Notes: a model not told the origin generated them from the letters alone. DNA of 64,000 nucleotides from Arenicellales bacterium (GCA_965214875.1 OZ243980.1:984009-1048008), one strand, 5' to 3'; shown: positions 30,376-39,850, numbered from the stretch's first letter. Made by a program: numbers and translations.

Positions 30376-31121
30376 TGTCCGGGGTCAGATACATGCGGGC
30401 GCGCGAAAATTTTCAGGCAGCCTGGCACTTGACAGCAATCTCAGCAGCCGGAAAGGCGGGAGAAGGAGCCGCGCGAATCAAATGTCCGCAATGCAGATTC
30501 TATCGTCTCGACGTGGTCCGCGACGAACTTTCGCCGCAGGTCGCCGAGCGCTTCGACAGGCTCGCGCTGTTTGACCGGCTTCGTCGCGAAGGCGCTTCGC
30601 AAGCGACCGCCCTGAAGGCGGTCGGCTGATCCCGAGCCACGTTCTGCCGCTGGAAAAGTGCCTGTGCAAGTTTGCCCGCCCCGCCCAGCGCCGGGAGCTG
30701 CGGCACCCGCAGGCGAGAGCCCGGCCTGCTTATCCAGCTCGACCGCATGAGTGTTACTATCGATGCCGGCTTCGCGGTCAAGGAGTCCGAGGCTGTCTGC
30801 TGGCCTCGAAGCCGCTCGACCACCCGGTCCGCCAGGCGCCGTTCGACATCGGGCCGGTCGTGCTGCCGCCCAAAAGCTCCAATTGCAATGGCTGCGTTGA
30901 GTGCGCCAACGCTTCCGACCGTTACGAGTTCCATCAGTCCTGCGCCGGCGAGCCGGGCATCGGCGCACCCGACATCGAGCTGGCCCGGTTCGAGCGCCTC
31001 TGCAGCGCCTGCAGGCCGCATCAAGCGCCCGGACAAACGGCACCCATGCGGGCGTATAATCAGAACTTCAACCAAAGCGCAATTGCCGCCTGAAAAGTCT
31101 CATATGTATTGAACCCGTACA
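30376..31121 (+). mobile_element. Decayed IS481-like insertion sequence, copy A (internally deleted)
   Basis: Left end is TGTCCGGGGTCAGATACATGCG. The right end reverse-complements to TGTACGGGTTCAATACATATGA, giving imperfect IRs that start with TGT. The interior aligns with 53300-54225 and retains rve/DDE C-terminal remnants (NGCVECAN...YEFHQSCAG...RPHQA...APMRAYNQNF), but in broken frames. It is visibly GC-rich. No target-site duplication is present (GATCA on the left, CAGGT on the right). Confidence 0.75.
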
Positions 31122-31126
31122 CAGGT

Positions 31127-31155
31127 TTGATTTTTGCCCGCTAATCTGCTATAAC
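31127..31155 (+). promoter_or_regulatory. Candidate sigma70 promoter for the leuA leader
   Basis: TTGATT-N17-TATAAC starts 6 nt after the IS right end. The leader ATG is only about 9 nt past the -10 element, so the transcript would be nearly leaderless, which lowers confidence. Confidence 0.3.
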
Positions 31156-31163
31156 GTATTCCT

Positions 31164-31226
31164 ATGCAATCCGCGATTACCCAATCCCTCTCTTTATCAC
31201 TAAGCCTGCTTCTGCTGCGCCGCTAG
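31164..31226 (+). promoter_or_regulatory. Leucine-rich leader peptide ORF upstream of leuA
   Basis: The ORF ATG CAA TCC GCG ATT ACC CAA TCC CTC TCT TTA TCA CTA AGC CTG CTT CTG CTG CGC CGC TAG encodes MQSAITQSLSLSLSLLLLRR. Seven of its 20 codons are Leu, including four in a row, and it lies 114 nt upstream of leuA. No clear Shine-Dalgarno is present. Confidence 0.6.
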
Positions 31227-31243
31227 GCGCTGCATATCTTTTC
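31214..31243 (+). terminator. Candidate attenuator hairpin with U-rich tail overlapping the leader stop codon
   Basis: GCTGCGCC (31214-31221), loop GCTA, then GGCGCTGC (31226-31233) form an 8-bp stem with one T:T mismatch. The tail is ATATCTTTTC. Confidence 0.4.
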
Positions 31244-31339
31244 ACATTCTCTATACCGCTTTGCCGCAACCGAAATATCGGTTAGCGAAGCATTGCATTT
31301 GAATTTGATAGGCAATGGATATGTAACAGGTAATACCCA

Positions 31340-32902
31340 ATGAACGAAGACAGATTGATCATTTTTGATACGACTTTGCGTGATGGCGAACAAAGCCCCG
31401 GTGCGTCGATGACTGCCGAAGAGAAGCTTGCGATCGCAAGAATGCTGGAAAAGATGCGAGTGGATGTGATCGAGGCTGGTTTCCCTGCCGCTAGCACTGG
31501 AGATTTGGAAGCGGTCAAGCAAGTCGCAAGCGAGGTCAAAAACAGCACGGTTTGCGCCCTAGCACGAGCAATCGAAAATGATCTGGACAAGGCAATCGAG
31601 TCCATTGAGCCGGCCGCTTCGGGCCGATTGCATACGTTTATCGCAACGTCCCCGATCCACATGAAAGAAAAATTGCGCATGGACTCCGACAAGGTGCTTG
31701 AACAAGCAGTATGGGCCGTAAAAAAGGCAAGAAATGCGGTTGACGACGTGGAGTTCTCGCCAGAGGATGCCGGACGATCCGATTTCGACTTTCTTTGCAG
31801 GATATTGGAGGCTGTGATCGATGCGGGAGCTAGAACAGTCAATATTCCAGACACTGTTGGCTACAATATGCCGGATCAATTTGGCGATTTGATCGAGCGC
31901 TTGATGAGCTCAGTGCCGAATTCGGACAAGGCGGTTTTCTCAGTGCATTGCCACAACGATCTTGGTGTCGCGGTAGCCAATTCGCTCGCCGCGGTGCAAC
32001 GAGGCGCACGGCAGGTCGAGTGCACGATCAACGGTTTAGGCGAGCGCGCCGGCAATGCATCGCTTGAAGAAATTGTGATGGCGGTGCGCACGCGCCGCGA
32101 CATATTTGTTTGTGATACGAGCATCGACACGGCTCAAATCGTGCCGGCAAGCCGCTTGGTCTCAAGCGTAACCGGTTTTCCAGTGCAGCCGAACAAGGCG
32201 ATCGTGGGAGCGAACGCATTTGCGCATGAGTCCGGCATTCATCAGGATGGCATTATCAAAAAACGCGAGACCTATGAAATAATGCGGGCCGAAGATGTCG
32301 GCTGGTCCCAAAACCGCATGGTTCTCGGCAAGCACTCGGGTCGCAACGCATTTCAGCAAAGAATGACCGAACTTGGCATCACGTTCGATGCCGGCTCTGG
32401 CTTGGATGAAGCATTTGCGGAATTCAAGATGCTTGCCGACAAGAAGCATGAAATTTTTGATGATGACTTGATCGGGCTGATCGCCGACTCCACCTTGCAG
32501 TCTGAAAACGACAAGATTGGTCTTGTCAGCCTGATCGCCACATCGGATACAGAAATGCCATCTAAGGCCGATGTCACTGTTCGAATAAACGGTGGAACGG
32601 TCCAATCGACGAGCGGCGGCAACGGTCCGGTGGACGCTTCATTCAAAGCGATCAAGGCGGCAGTGGGTTCGGATTCGTGGCTTGATCTGTACTCGGTAAA
32701 CAGCATTACAGGCGGAACGGATGCGCAAGGCGAAGTGACGGTCCGTCTGAGGCGCAATGGCATGGTGGCCAATGGCCACGGTGCGGATACTGACATTATC
32801 ATCGCGTCTGCAAAGGCGTTCATTGACGCATTGAACCGTCTAGATGTTTCCGCAACCCGATTCAATCCGCAGTCCAGCGATATCGCGAGTCAAGGTGTAT
32901 GA
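31340..32902 (+). CDS. leuA: 2-isopropylmalate synthase
   Basis: Carries [13 protein letters not shown] and [17 protein letters not shown] and has a C-terminal LeuA dimerisation/regulatory region. 520 aa. Confidence 0.95.
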   Translation: MNEDRLIIFDTTLRDGEQSPGASMTAEEKLAIARMLEKMRVDVIEAGFPAASTGDLEAVKQVASEVKNSTVCALARAIENDLDKAIESIEPAASGRLHTFIATSPIHMKEKLRMDSDKVLEQAVWAVKKARNAVDDVEFSPEDAGRSDFDFLCRILEAVIDAGARTVNIPDTVGYNMPDQFGDLIERLMSSVPNSDKAVFSVHCHNDLGVAVANSLAAVQRGARQVECTINGLGERAGNASLEEIVMAVRTRRDIFVCDTSIDTAQIVPASRLVSSVTGFPVQPNKAIVGANAFAHESGIHQDGIIKKRETYEIMRAEDVGWSQNRMVLGKHSGRNAFQQRMTELGITFDAGSGLDEAFAEFKMLADKKHEIFDDDLIGLIADSTLQSENDKIGLVSLIATSDTEMPSKADVTVRINGGTVQSTSGGNGPVDASFKAIKAAVGSDSWLDLYSVNSITGGTDAQGEVTVRLRRNGMVANGHGADTDIIIASAKAFIDALNRLDVSATRFNPQSSDIASQGV

Positions 32903-33624
32903 GCTCGCAATTAAGCTATCTAGAGCGCATGGGTGTAGAAGTTTGGCGTTTGCGTAGCAACGATGATGATGCCAGAGTTGTCGAAGAGGTTGAAGTTCCC
33001 GTATCTTTGAGTCCAATGGCACCGATGCCTGATCCTGCGCCTGCAGATTTGCCGACCGACTATTCAGCTATGAGCTTGGAGGAACTGGCTAAGACGGCAT
33101 CCGATTGCTGTAAGTGCAATCTGAACCGCTCTCGGACAGCAGTGGTTTTCGGCGAAGGATCGCCGCAGGCGAATCTGATGATCATCGGAGAGGCTCCCGG
33201 CGAGGATGAGGATATTCAAGGAAAGCCGTTCGTCGGCAAGTCGGGACAACTTCTCAGTTCGATACTTGCTGCGCTTGGCTTGATGCGGGAGGACATCTAC
33301 ATCGCCAATGTGCTCAAGTGCCGCCCGCCTATGAATCGCGATCCTTTGCCTGATGAGGCACGAGCATGTTCTCCATATCTGCAAAGACAGCTGCAACTGA
33401 TCAAGCCTTCTGTAATCGTCGCTTTAGGCCGAATTAGCGCTCAGCTGTTGCTAGATACTGAGCGTCCGCTTGGCCAGCTTCGACATGAGCGGCATGAATA
33501 CCGGGATACCGGCATTGAAGTGGTCGTGACCTACCATCCAGCGTATCTTCTGCGCAAGCCAACCGAGAAAGCCAAAGTCTGGGAAGATTTGCGAAGAGTC
33601 AGAGAGCTGCTTGCGAATCGATGA
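32899..33624 (+). CDS. Uracil-DNA glycosylase, family 4
   Basis: Carries [38 protein letters not shown] and TYHPAYLLR. The start overlaps the leuA stop (ATGA). Confidence 0.85.
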   Translation: MSSQLSYLERMGVEVWRLRSNDDDARVVEEVEVPVSLSPMAPMPDPAPADLPTDYSAMSLEELAKTASDCCKCNLNRSRTAVVFGEGSPQANLMIIGEAPGEDEDIQGKPFVGKSGQLLSSILAALGLMREDIYIANVLKCRPPMNRDPLPDEARACSPYLQRQLQLIKPSVIVALGRISAQLLLDTERPLGQLRHERHEYRDTGIEVVVTYHPAYLLRKPTEKAKVWEDLRRVRELLANR

Positions 33625-33652
33625 CGGTCAGCTAAGCGCTGTTTGCCACGCT

Positions 33653-35089
33653 CTACTGATTAATATAGATGATGATGATCTGATTGGGTCTAATGAAATC
33701 TGTGCGGTTGATTTTGTTCCACTTGGTCAATTGCGTAATTCGCACATCGTGCCGATTCGCAATACTCCACAGTGTTTCTCCAGCGCGAACACGATGCTCG
33801 TAGCGACGCGAGTAAGGCACTGCCTCGGCAAATTTTTCAAGCGTACGGGGATTCAATCCCGCCTTTACGAGCGGAATCATCAAAACATCGCCGGCACGGA
33901 TTCGGTCGGCGGAAGTTAGCGAATTGGCAAAGACGATTGCATTTTGCGGGACTTCGAACTCCTCGGCAATCTTGCCCAAATAGTCGCCGGGCTGAATTTC
34001 GTAGGCAATGTGGTTGATTCGATGCGAAAGATCAGCCGAATTCATTGCAGTTCGGACGATTTCGACTTCGTCGAGCGGAATCAGAATTTTGTGCGGGCCT
34101 TCCGGCCGAGTCGCTAAACGTCTTAGTGCAGGGTTGAGGCGATACAAATCGCGGTCGGACACGCCGGCGATTCGCGCTACAATCCTCAAGTCTGTGTGCG
34201 AACCGAAGTCGACTACTTCAAACTGGGGGGAGTTGGGCATGGGCAGCAGTTCGATCCCGAATTTCTCCGGTTGAGCGACAATGTTCTTGATCGCCACCAG
34301 TTTCGGGATATATCGCCGAGTTTCGGCACTCAGTCGCAATGCACTGTACTCAATGGAGGCTCCGCGCCCGGAATTGGCTTCTATAGCCTTCACAATCCGG
34401 TTTTCGCCCGCATTGTAGGCGGCTAAGGTGTGGAACCAGTTCTGGTCGAACATCTCATGGAGGAACTCGATGTAGTCAAGTGCCGCCTCGGTTGAGGCTA
34501 TCAGGTCTCGACGACCCTCGTACCACCAGTCGATTTGCAAGCCGAAACTTTTTGCTGTTGACGGCATGAATTGCCATAACCCTGCCGCCCCGGCCGGAGA
34601 CAAGGCATAGGGGTCGAATGAGCTTTCGACAAATGGCAGAAGCGCGATTTCAGTAGGCAAGCCGCGCGCTTTGACGCGGCTGGCGATATAGGGCAGGTAG
34701 TGTCTAGCTTGCTTGAATGTTTTTTTCAGGTTTTCCGGATGCTTTGAGAATGATTCTTCGTATTCTGCAATATAGTCGGAGCGAAGTTCTGGCAGGCGAA
34801 AACCGCTTCGGATGTCGTTCCATAAATTTTCTGAGTAGGCGTGAGTCGCGGTCGGCTGATGGGTCTTAGCACGGTTGTAGAGAGTTGCGACCGTTGATGA
34901 GGCCGAATGCGCTTTGTCGTGCCCTATATGAAAAATTGACTCGTGCGCTTGGGATGCGAGCGGCCAAACCATGGCGCTTCCAAGCAACGCAACCGATGCC
35001 ATCACCGATAGGATCGATGCAGGTTTTGAATTGAATGTGTAATCAGGCACGCTTAGGGAAAACCCGGCTAACGGGGAATCGGTGACCAC
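33653..35089 (-). CDS. mltD: Membrane-bound lytic murein transglycosylase D-like (SLT domain plus LysM repeats)
   Basis: Has the SLT block ESSFDPYALSPAGAAGLWQFMPSTA and C-terminal LysM-like repeats (YEIQPGDYLGKIA, HRVRAGETLWSIA). It uses a GTG start, and the true start may be internal. Confidence 0.85.
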   Translation of the reverse strand: MVTDSPLAGFSLSVPDYTFNSKPASILSVMASVALLGSAMVWPLASQAHESIFHIGHDKAHSASSTVATLYNRAKTHQPTATHAYSENLWNDIRSGFRLPELRSDYIAEYEESFSKHPENLKKTFKQARHYLPYIASRVKARGLPTEIALLPFVESSFDPYALSPAGAAGLWQFMPSTAKSFGLQIDWWYEGRRDLIASTEAALDYIEFLHEMFDQNWFHTLAAYNAGENRIVKAIEANSGRGASIEYSALRLSAETRRYIPKLVAIKNIVAQPEKFGIELLPMPNSPQFEVVDFGSHTDLRIVARIAGVSDRDLYRLNPALRRLATRPEGPHKILIPLDEVEIVRTAMNSADLSHRINHIAYEIQPGDYLGKIAEEFEVPQNAIVFANSLTSADRIRAGDVLMIPLVKAGLNPRTLEKFAEAVPYSRRYEHRVRAGETLWSIANRHDVRITQLTKWNKINRTDFIRPNQIIIIYINQ

Positions 35090-35701
35090 AACCTATCTGC
35101 GTGGTCGATTTCAGTCTATAAGGCAACTGAGCAAAAAGGCATCCGCTTAACCAATATATTAAGAGTGCCGCCCTCAAGTCAATATATGCAATGTCAAACG
35201 TTTAATCAAGTTGGCCAAATGCTGCAAAAAATAATCAAACGAACGCAAATCGATTTCTTGAATCGTATTCCGCACGTTGTTTCTTGAAGAAAACTGTTTA
35301 TTTCGGCAACTTTGCTGAGTCTTTCTGTCGTTGATCGGCTTAGGGCTGTGCAACTCGATCTAATGCGACGAGTAATGCATCGGCAATCTTGAGTATTGCG
35401 GCATGATCTTTTTTCAATCAGAGCTTGCAACCGATAAGCATTGCCGGGCATATATCGCAAGCAGGGCAGAGTATTCTACTATATTTGACTCTGTAAGTCG
35501 GGAAAGTTCTCGCCATGCTCTGCTTGTGTGGCGTAGTGTCAATCTTTAGCTTTCGCTGTCAGTTTTCTTAGTTTGGTCAGCATAATGAAGCTTGAAGTTT
35601 GTTATGGCATCCGATCTTATAATTGGTGCTTGGCGAATAGCTGAAAGATTTGAGCCGCTCATCACAACTACGCGGGCATTTGACACGAGGTTTAATGGAT
35701 T

Positions 35702-36448
35702 GTGACCACAGCCGACCATTTCGACTTAGCGCCTGGATGGTTTGACCAGCCGCTTGGTGCTGCTATGGTGGAAGCGGAGACGGTCGTTTTCAATCGCCTG
35801 CTGCCCTCGCGGTACTATCCTGCCGCGGTGCAGGCTTCCAGCTCGCCGCATTTGAATCTGGCGGCAATGAATTTGTCGAGGACACGGGTTAATGTGTCCT
35901 GTACGCTCGAGGCATTCTGCGGAACCGACGTTGTTGCGAATGCAGAGCACTTGCCATTCGGATCCAGCTCGGTTGATATTATGGTTCTGTCGCATGTGCT
36001 GGAGTTCAGCGACCATCCGCATGATGTGTTGCGCGAAGCCTCTCAGTGCATCGTGTCTGGCGGTGTTTTGGCAATATCAGGATTCAATCCTCGAAGTTTG
36101 TTCGGGGCGGCGAAATATACAAATCGATTTGCCGGCACTTTCATCGGCGAAGCGCACCTGTACTCTGTGATTCGAGTTCGCGACTGGCTGGCACTGCTTG
36201 GTTTCGAGGTGTTTGCCGGCGAGTACGTATTTTTTCGACCGCCATTCGTTCAAGGTCGGCGATTGAACCAGTTGCGTAGCCTAGAGGTCGCCGGTGCAAG
36301 ATGGTGGCCAGGCTTTGGCGCAATCTATATCCTGGTCGCGAGAAAAAGAGTCGCAGGCTTTCGCATGAGTGCCGCCGCATTGCGAAAGTCCAAGTTGTCG
36401 AGGCGCCGGTTGTTCCACGCCGTAGCGGACCGCACTCAAAAGGGATGA
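35702..36448 (+). CDS. Class I SAM-dependent methyltransferase (YafS-like position)
   Basis: Has Methyltransf_11-like blocks (LPFGSSSVDIMVLSHVLEF, GGVLAISGFNP). It occupies the slot upstream of rnhA, as yafS does in E. coli. Uses a GTG start. Confidence 0.75.
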   Translation: MTTADHFDLAPGWFDQPLGAAMVEAETVVFNRLLPSRYYPAAVQASSSPHLNLAAMNLSRTRVNVSCTLEAFCGTDVVANAEHLPFGSSSVDIMVLSHVLEFSDHPHDVLREASQCIVSGGVLAISGFNPRSLFGAAKYTNRFAGTFIGEAHLYSVIRVRDWLALLGFEVFAGEYVFFRPPFVQGRRLNQLRSLEVAGARWWPGFGAIYILVARKRVAGFRMSAAALRKSKLSRRRLFHAVADRTQKG

Positions 36449-36476
36449 TGCTGCTGTTCGATTTCAGCGGGCGCGA

Positions 36477-36944
36477 ATGATGCAAGAAAAGTGGCCTACG
36501 CCCAAACCTTCGCGCATTCAAACGGTGCAGATCTACACCGATGGCGCATGCACTGGAAATCCAGGCCCGGGCGGCTGGGGCGTTGTGCTTTTTTGCAACG
36601 GAAATCAGGCCGAACTGTCGGGCGGTGATCGCTCGACGACCAACAACCGGATGGAATTGACCGCGGCAATCGAAGGACTAGGGTGCTTGAAGCGCAAGTG
36701 CCGGGTTGAACTGTATACGGATTCTGAGTATGTCCGCCTCGGGATTACCAGCTGGATAAAAAAATGGAAAGCGAAAGATTGGAAGCGAAATAAGACAGAA
36801 GATGTCAAGAATGCCGATTTATGGAAGGATTTGGATCGATTGAATTCTGCGCACCAGGTGCAATGGATTCATGTCAAGGCTCACAGCGGAAATGAATGGA
36901 ACGAGTATGTGGACAAGCTTGCTAAAAAAGCAATACCTAAGTAA
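36477..36944 (+). CDS. rnhA: Ribonuclease HI
   Basis: Carries IYTDGACTGNPGPGGWG, NNRMELTAAIEGL and VKAHSGNEWNEYVD. 155 aa. Confidence 0.95.
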   Translation: MMQEKWPTPKPSRIQTVQIYTDGACTGNPGPGGWGVVLFCNGNQAELSGGDRSTTNNRMELTAAIEGLGCLKRKCRVELYTDSEYVRLGITSWIKKWKAKDWKRNKTEDVKNADLWKDLDRLNSAHQVQWIHVKAHSGNEWNEYVDKLAKKAIPK

Positions 36945-37104
36945 TGGGCTGTTGCGCGCTTTATGCTTTATATTATCCGCTCGTACGCCCCGATGCGCGG
37001 GGCGCACAGAGAGTGCTTGGCATCTAAGTGCCGAATAGCGAAACAGATGAACAGCTTCAAGCCTGCTTGCTTAGGCGGCGATTTCAATTCAACTGAACAC
37101 CTCT

Positions 37105-37920
37105 ATGCGCCAAATTGTGCTCGACACTGAAACGACCGGACTCGATGTTCACGAAGGACACAGAGTCATTGAAATCGCCGGCATTGAAATAGACAACCGT
37201 GTGCCGACAGGCAAGACGTTCCACCAATTCATCAATCCCTGCCGCCCAATCGATGACAAGGCGCTCGAAGTTCACGGCATAACCAATGATTTTTTGGAAA
37301 ACAAGCCTCAGTTTGCCGAGATTGCTCATGAATTCGTCAATTTCATTCGAGGCGCCGACCTCATCATCCACAACGCTGAGTTCGATGTAGGTTTTCTGAA
37401 CGCTGAACTGAAAAAAGCTGGTAATGAATTGGGGTCGATTGAAACGTTGTGCAACGAGATCATCGACACGATTCGGGTTGCGATCGAATTACGGCCAGGC
37501 CGGCGCAACAACCTGGATGCATTAGCGACTGACTACGGCATTGATCTTTCAGAGCGCACCAAGCATAGCGCTCTAGTCGACGCGCAGATTCTGCTGAGTG
37601 TGTACAAGGCGATGACTGGTGGGCAGACGTCCATGCAGTTTAGTCAAGGCGAGATTTCGATGACTCGACAGACCGATTCATCGAAAGTTGACGAAGAGTA
37701 TGCGGGTGCTGAATTGCCCGTCAAGAGAGCCAATGATGAGGAATTGGCGCTGCATGAGCAGTGGCTAGACTATCTCGATAGCCAATGCGAGCAAGGCAGT
37801 GTCTGGCGCAGATTGCAGCAGGCATCTGCCGATGATTACGACGGCGGCAATCCAAAAGCGAAACCAGACGCACTTTCTTCGTCAGATTCAGACGAACATC
37901 AAGATCAGCAGGCCAGCTAG
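37105..37920 (+). CDS. dnaQ: DNA polymerase III epsilon subunit (3'-5' exonuclease)
   Basis: Has ExoI LDTETTGL, ExoII HNAEFDVGFL and ExoIII HSALVDAQIL. The acidic C-terminal tail is longer than usual. Confidence 0.9.
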   Translation: MRQIVLDTETTGLDVHEGHRVIEIAGIEIDNRVPTGKTFHQFINPCRPIDDKALEVHGITNDFLENKPQFAEIAHEFVNFIRGADLIIHNAEFDVGFLNAELKKAGNELGSIETLCNEIIDTIRVAIELRPGRRNNLDALATDYGIDLSERTKHSALVDAQILLSVYKAMTGGQTSMQFSQGEISMTRQTDSSKVDEEYAGAELPVKRANDEELALHEQWLDYLDSQCEQGSVWRRLQQASADDYDGGNPKAKPDALSSSDSDEHQDQQAS

Positions 37921-39582
37921 AGTTGCAAATACGAACAGCGCCATAGATCCCAAATGCGGGGTTTTCGCTGAATTGGAAGATTCTCCGTATTTGCCAATCG
38001 CAAAGTTGAGTGTCGAACGGCACGATCCGATCAACCGCGCGTAGCACGCCTGGATCGAGGCTGACACCATCGCCGACGCATGCCGATAGATCAGGCGAGC
38101 GCCCCTTCTATAGATCCATTCTGCATCAATATTGGTACTGCGAAGTTCCGGCGGATAGATTCCGGACAGTTTCAGCCATACGAAGGCCAGCGCTGAAAAG
38201 ACCAGCAGCTGTATCTGCGCCAGGACGCGGGAGGTGTCGTATGGATCGTAGTCGGTGCCGTATGGCAGAATCGAATAAAGCAGCTCCGGGAAAATTCCGA
38301 TGCCGATGCAAAGAATCGCTGCGACGGTCATCGCGATCAGCATGCTGATGGGGGCTTCCTTGCAACGGATGCCGGAGTCGTGCGCGAAGAATGCGAAGAA
38401 AGGCACCTTGATGCCTGCGTGATGGAATACGCCTGCAGACGCGAATAGCAACGCAATCCAGACGATATGATAGCCTTCGTAGATCGCCGCCGACATGACC
38501 ATCGACTTGTTGATGAAGCCGCTGAATAGGGGAAACGCCGATATCGAGGCGGCTCCCACGATGCACAAACCGGTGGTCATCGGCATCGAGCGGTACAAGC
38601 CGCCAAGGTCGGAACCGTTTATTTTTCCAGTTCTGTAGAGCACAGCGCCCATCGTCATCATTAGCAGCGCCTTATAAATCACATGATTAAAGGCGTGGGC
38701 AACCGCGCCGTTGACTGCCAGCTCGGTTCCGATTCCGATGCCGCAAACCATAAAGCCGATTTGGTTGATCATGCTATACGCCAATACTCGGCGCAAGTCG
38801 TTTTCGATGACTGCATAGAAGATTGGAAAGCACGTCATCACAGCTCCGATATAGACCAGCGACTCTGTGCCCGCAAATCCTCGTGCAAGCGAATACACGG
38901 CTACCTTGGTGGTCAAGGCAACCATGAAAATTGCTCCTGCGGGAGTTGATTCAGGGTATGCATCGGTTACCCAGTTGTGCACGAGCGGAAAAGCGCACTT
39001 GATGCCGAACGCAAAGAAAATCAGGTATGACGCAGAGTCCGATAGACCGATATGGGTGAACTCGATGGACCCGGTGGCGCTGTAGTGCATTACTGCGCCC
39101 ACTAATAGCAGCAGTCCGGCGAATATCTGTATAGCCAAATACCGGAAGGCGGCACCGGTGGATGATCGGGTCTTGCCATCGAATACCAGCATCGCAGCGG
39201 AAAAAGTCATGATCTCGAAAAAGATGAAAAGTGAAATCAAGTCTCCACATAGCACGGCACCGACGGCACCGCCGGCATAGACCAGTGCTGATGCCTGATG
39301 AGTCGTAGAACGATAGCACCAAGAGAAGACAGCACCTAAAGCCGATGCCAAATGAAAAACATAGGCAAACACGAGACCGAGCGTGTCGGGCCGGTGCAGG
39401 ATCAGGTCGAAACCGGCGACAGCGGACCGCAACTCATAGCCTGAACCAGTCGAGCTTATCAACATCGCTGCACTGACAAGCGGAACCGCAATGAACCACA
39501 GTGCTCGCGCGGTGCCGCGGAGCACGAAAATTCCGAGCGCACCGACGAAGAAAACGACGAATGACGGAATTTCAGTCATCAT
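37888..39582 (-). CDS. Mrp/NuoL-M-N family antiporter-like subunit (third paralogue, 564 aa)
   Basis: Polytopic protein with the family block HNWVTDAYPESTPAGAIFMVALTTKVAVY. The Met-Met at 39582 (MMTEIPSFVVFF) is preferred over the track start at 39939, which runs through the upstream genes. Confidence 0.8.
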   Translation of the reverse strand: MMTEIPSFVVFFVGALGIFVLRGTARALWFIAVPLVSAAMLISSTGSGYELRSAVAGFDLILHRPDTLGLVFAYVFHLASALGAVFSWCYRSTTHQASALVYAGGAVGAVLCGDLISLFIFFEIMTFSAAMLVFDGKTRSSTGAAFRYLAIQIFAGLLLLVGAVMHYSATGSIEFTHIGLSDSASYLIFFAFGIKCAFPLVHNWVTDAYPESTPAGAIFMVALTTKVAVYSLARGFAGTESLVYIGAVMTCFPIFYAVIENDLRRVLAYSMINQIGFMVCGIGIGTELAVNGAVAHAFNHVIYKALLMMTMGAVLYRTGKINGSDLGGLYRSMPMTTGLCIVGAASISAFPLFSGFINKSMVMSAAIYEGYHIVWIALLFASAGVFHHAGIKVPFFAFFAHDSGIRCKEAPISMLIAMTVAAILCIGIGIFPELLYSILPYGTDYDPYDTSRVLAQIQLLVFSALAFVWLKLSGIYPPELRSTNIDAEWIYRRGARLIYRHASAMVSASIQACYARLIGSCRSTLNFAIGKYGESSNSAKTPHLGSMALFVFATLAGLLILMFV

Positions 39583-39832
39583 CGTAGTAGTTTTCCGCAC
39601 GCATGAAGGGGATGCGCATGAATTTTGAAATGACGACCAAAATAACGCATACCACGAATCCGAACACGCAGTAGAAAAACGGCACCCAATCCCATGGATG
39701 GACCGCGTAACGAACAAGAACCAAATCGAGCACAAACGACAGTGCGCAAACGACGTAGAACCACATGAGAATTTTTCGAAGACCGGCGGCGCGAGGCCGC
39801 TGTTGCTGTGTTTGGCTGCTGTGCTTATCCAT
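39572..39832 (-). CDS. Small two-helix membrane protein embedded in the Mrp-like operon
   Basis: 86 aa, with the helices ILMWFYVVCALSFVLDLVLV and FFYCVFGFVVCVILVVISKF and an acidic tail YYDDD. Its 3' end overlaps the start of the next gene by 11 nt. Confidence 0.5.
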   Translation of the reverse strand: MDKHSSQTQQQRPRAAGLRKILMWFYVVCALSFVLDLVLVRYAVHPWDWVPFFYCVFGFVVCVILVVISKFMRIPFMRAENYYDDD

Positions 39833-39850
39833 GATCGTTCAGTGTCAGCT

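Noticed and set aside
35090-35701. The 84-codon minus-strand ORF at 35206-35460 considered as a gloB remnant.
   Set aside because: Translations in all minus-strand frames that I examined lack the HxHxDH or other metallo-beta-lactamase blocks, and the ORF has no recognisable similarity.
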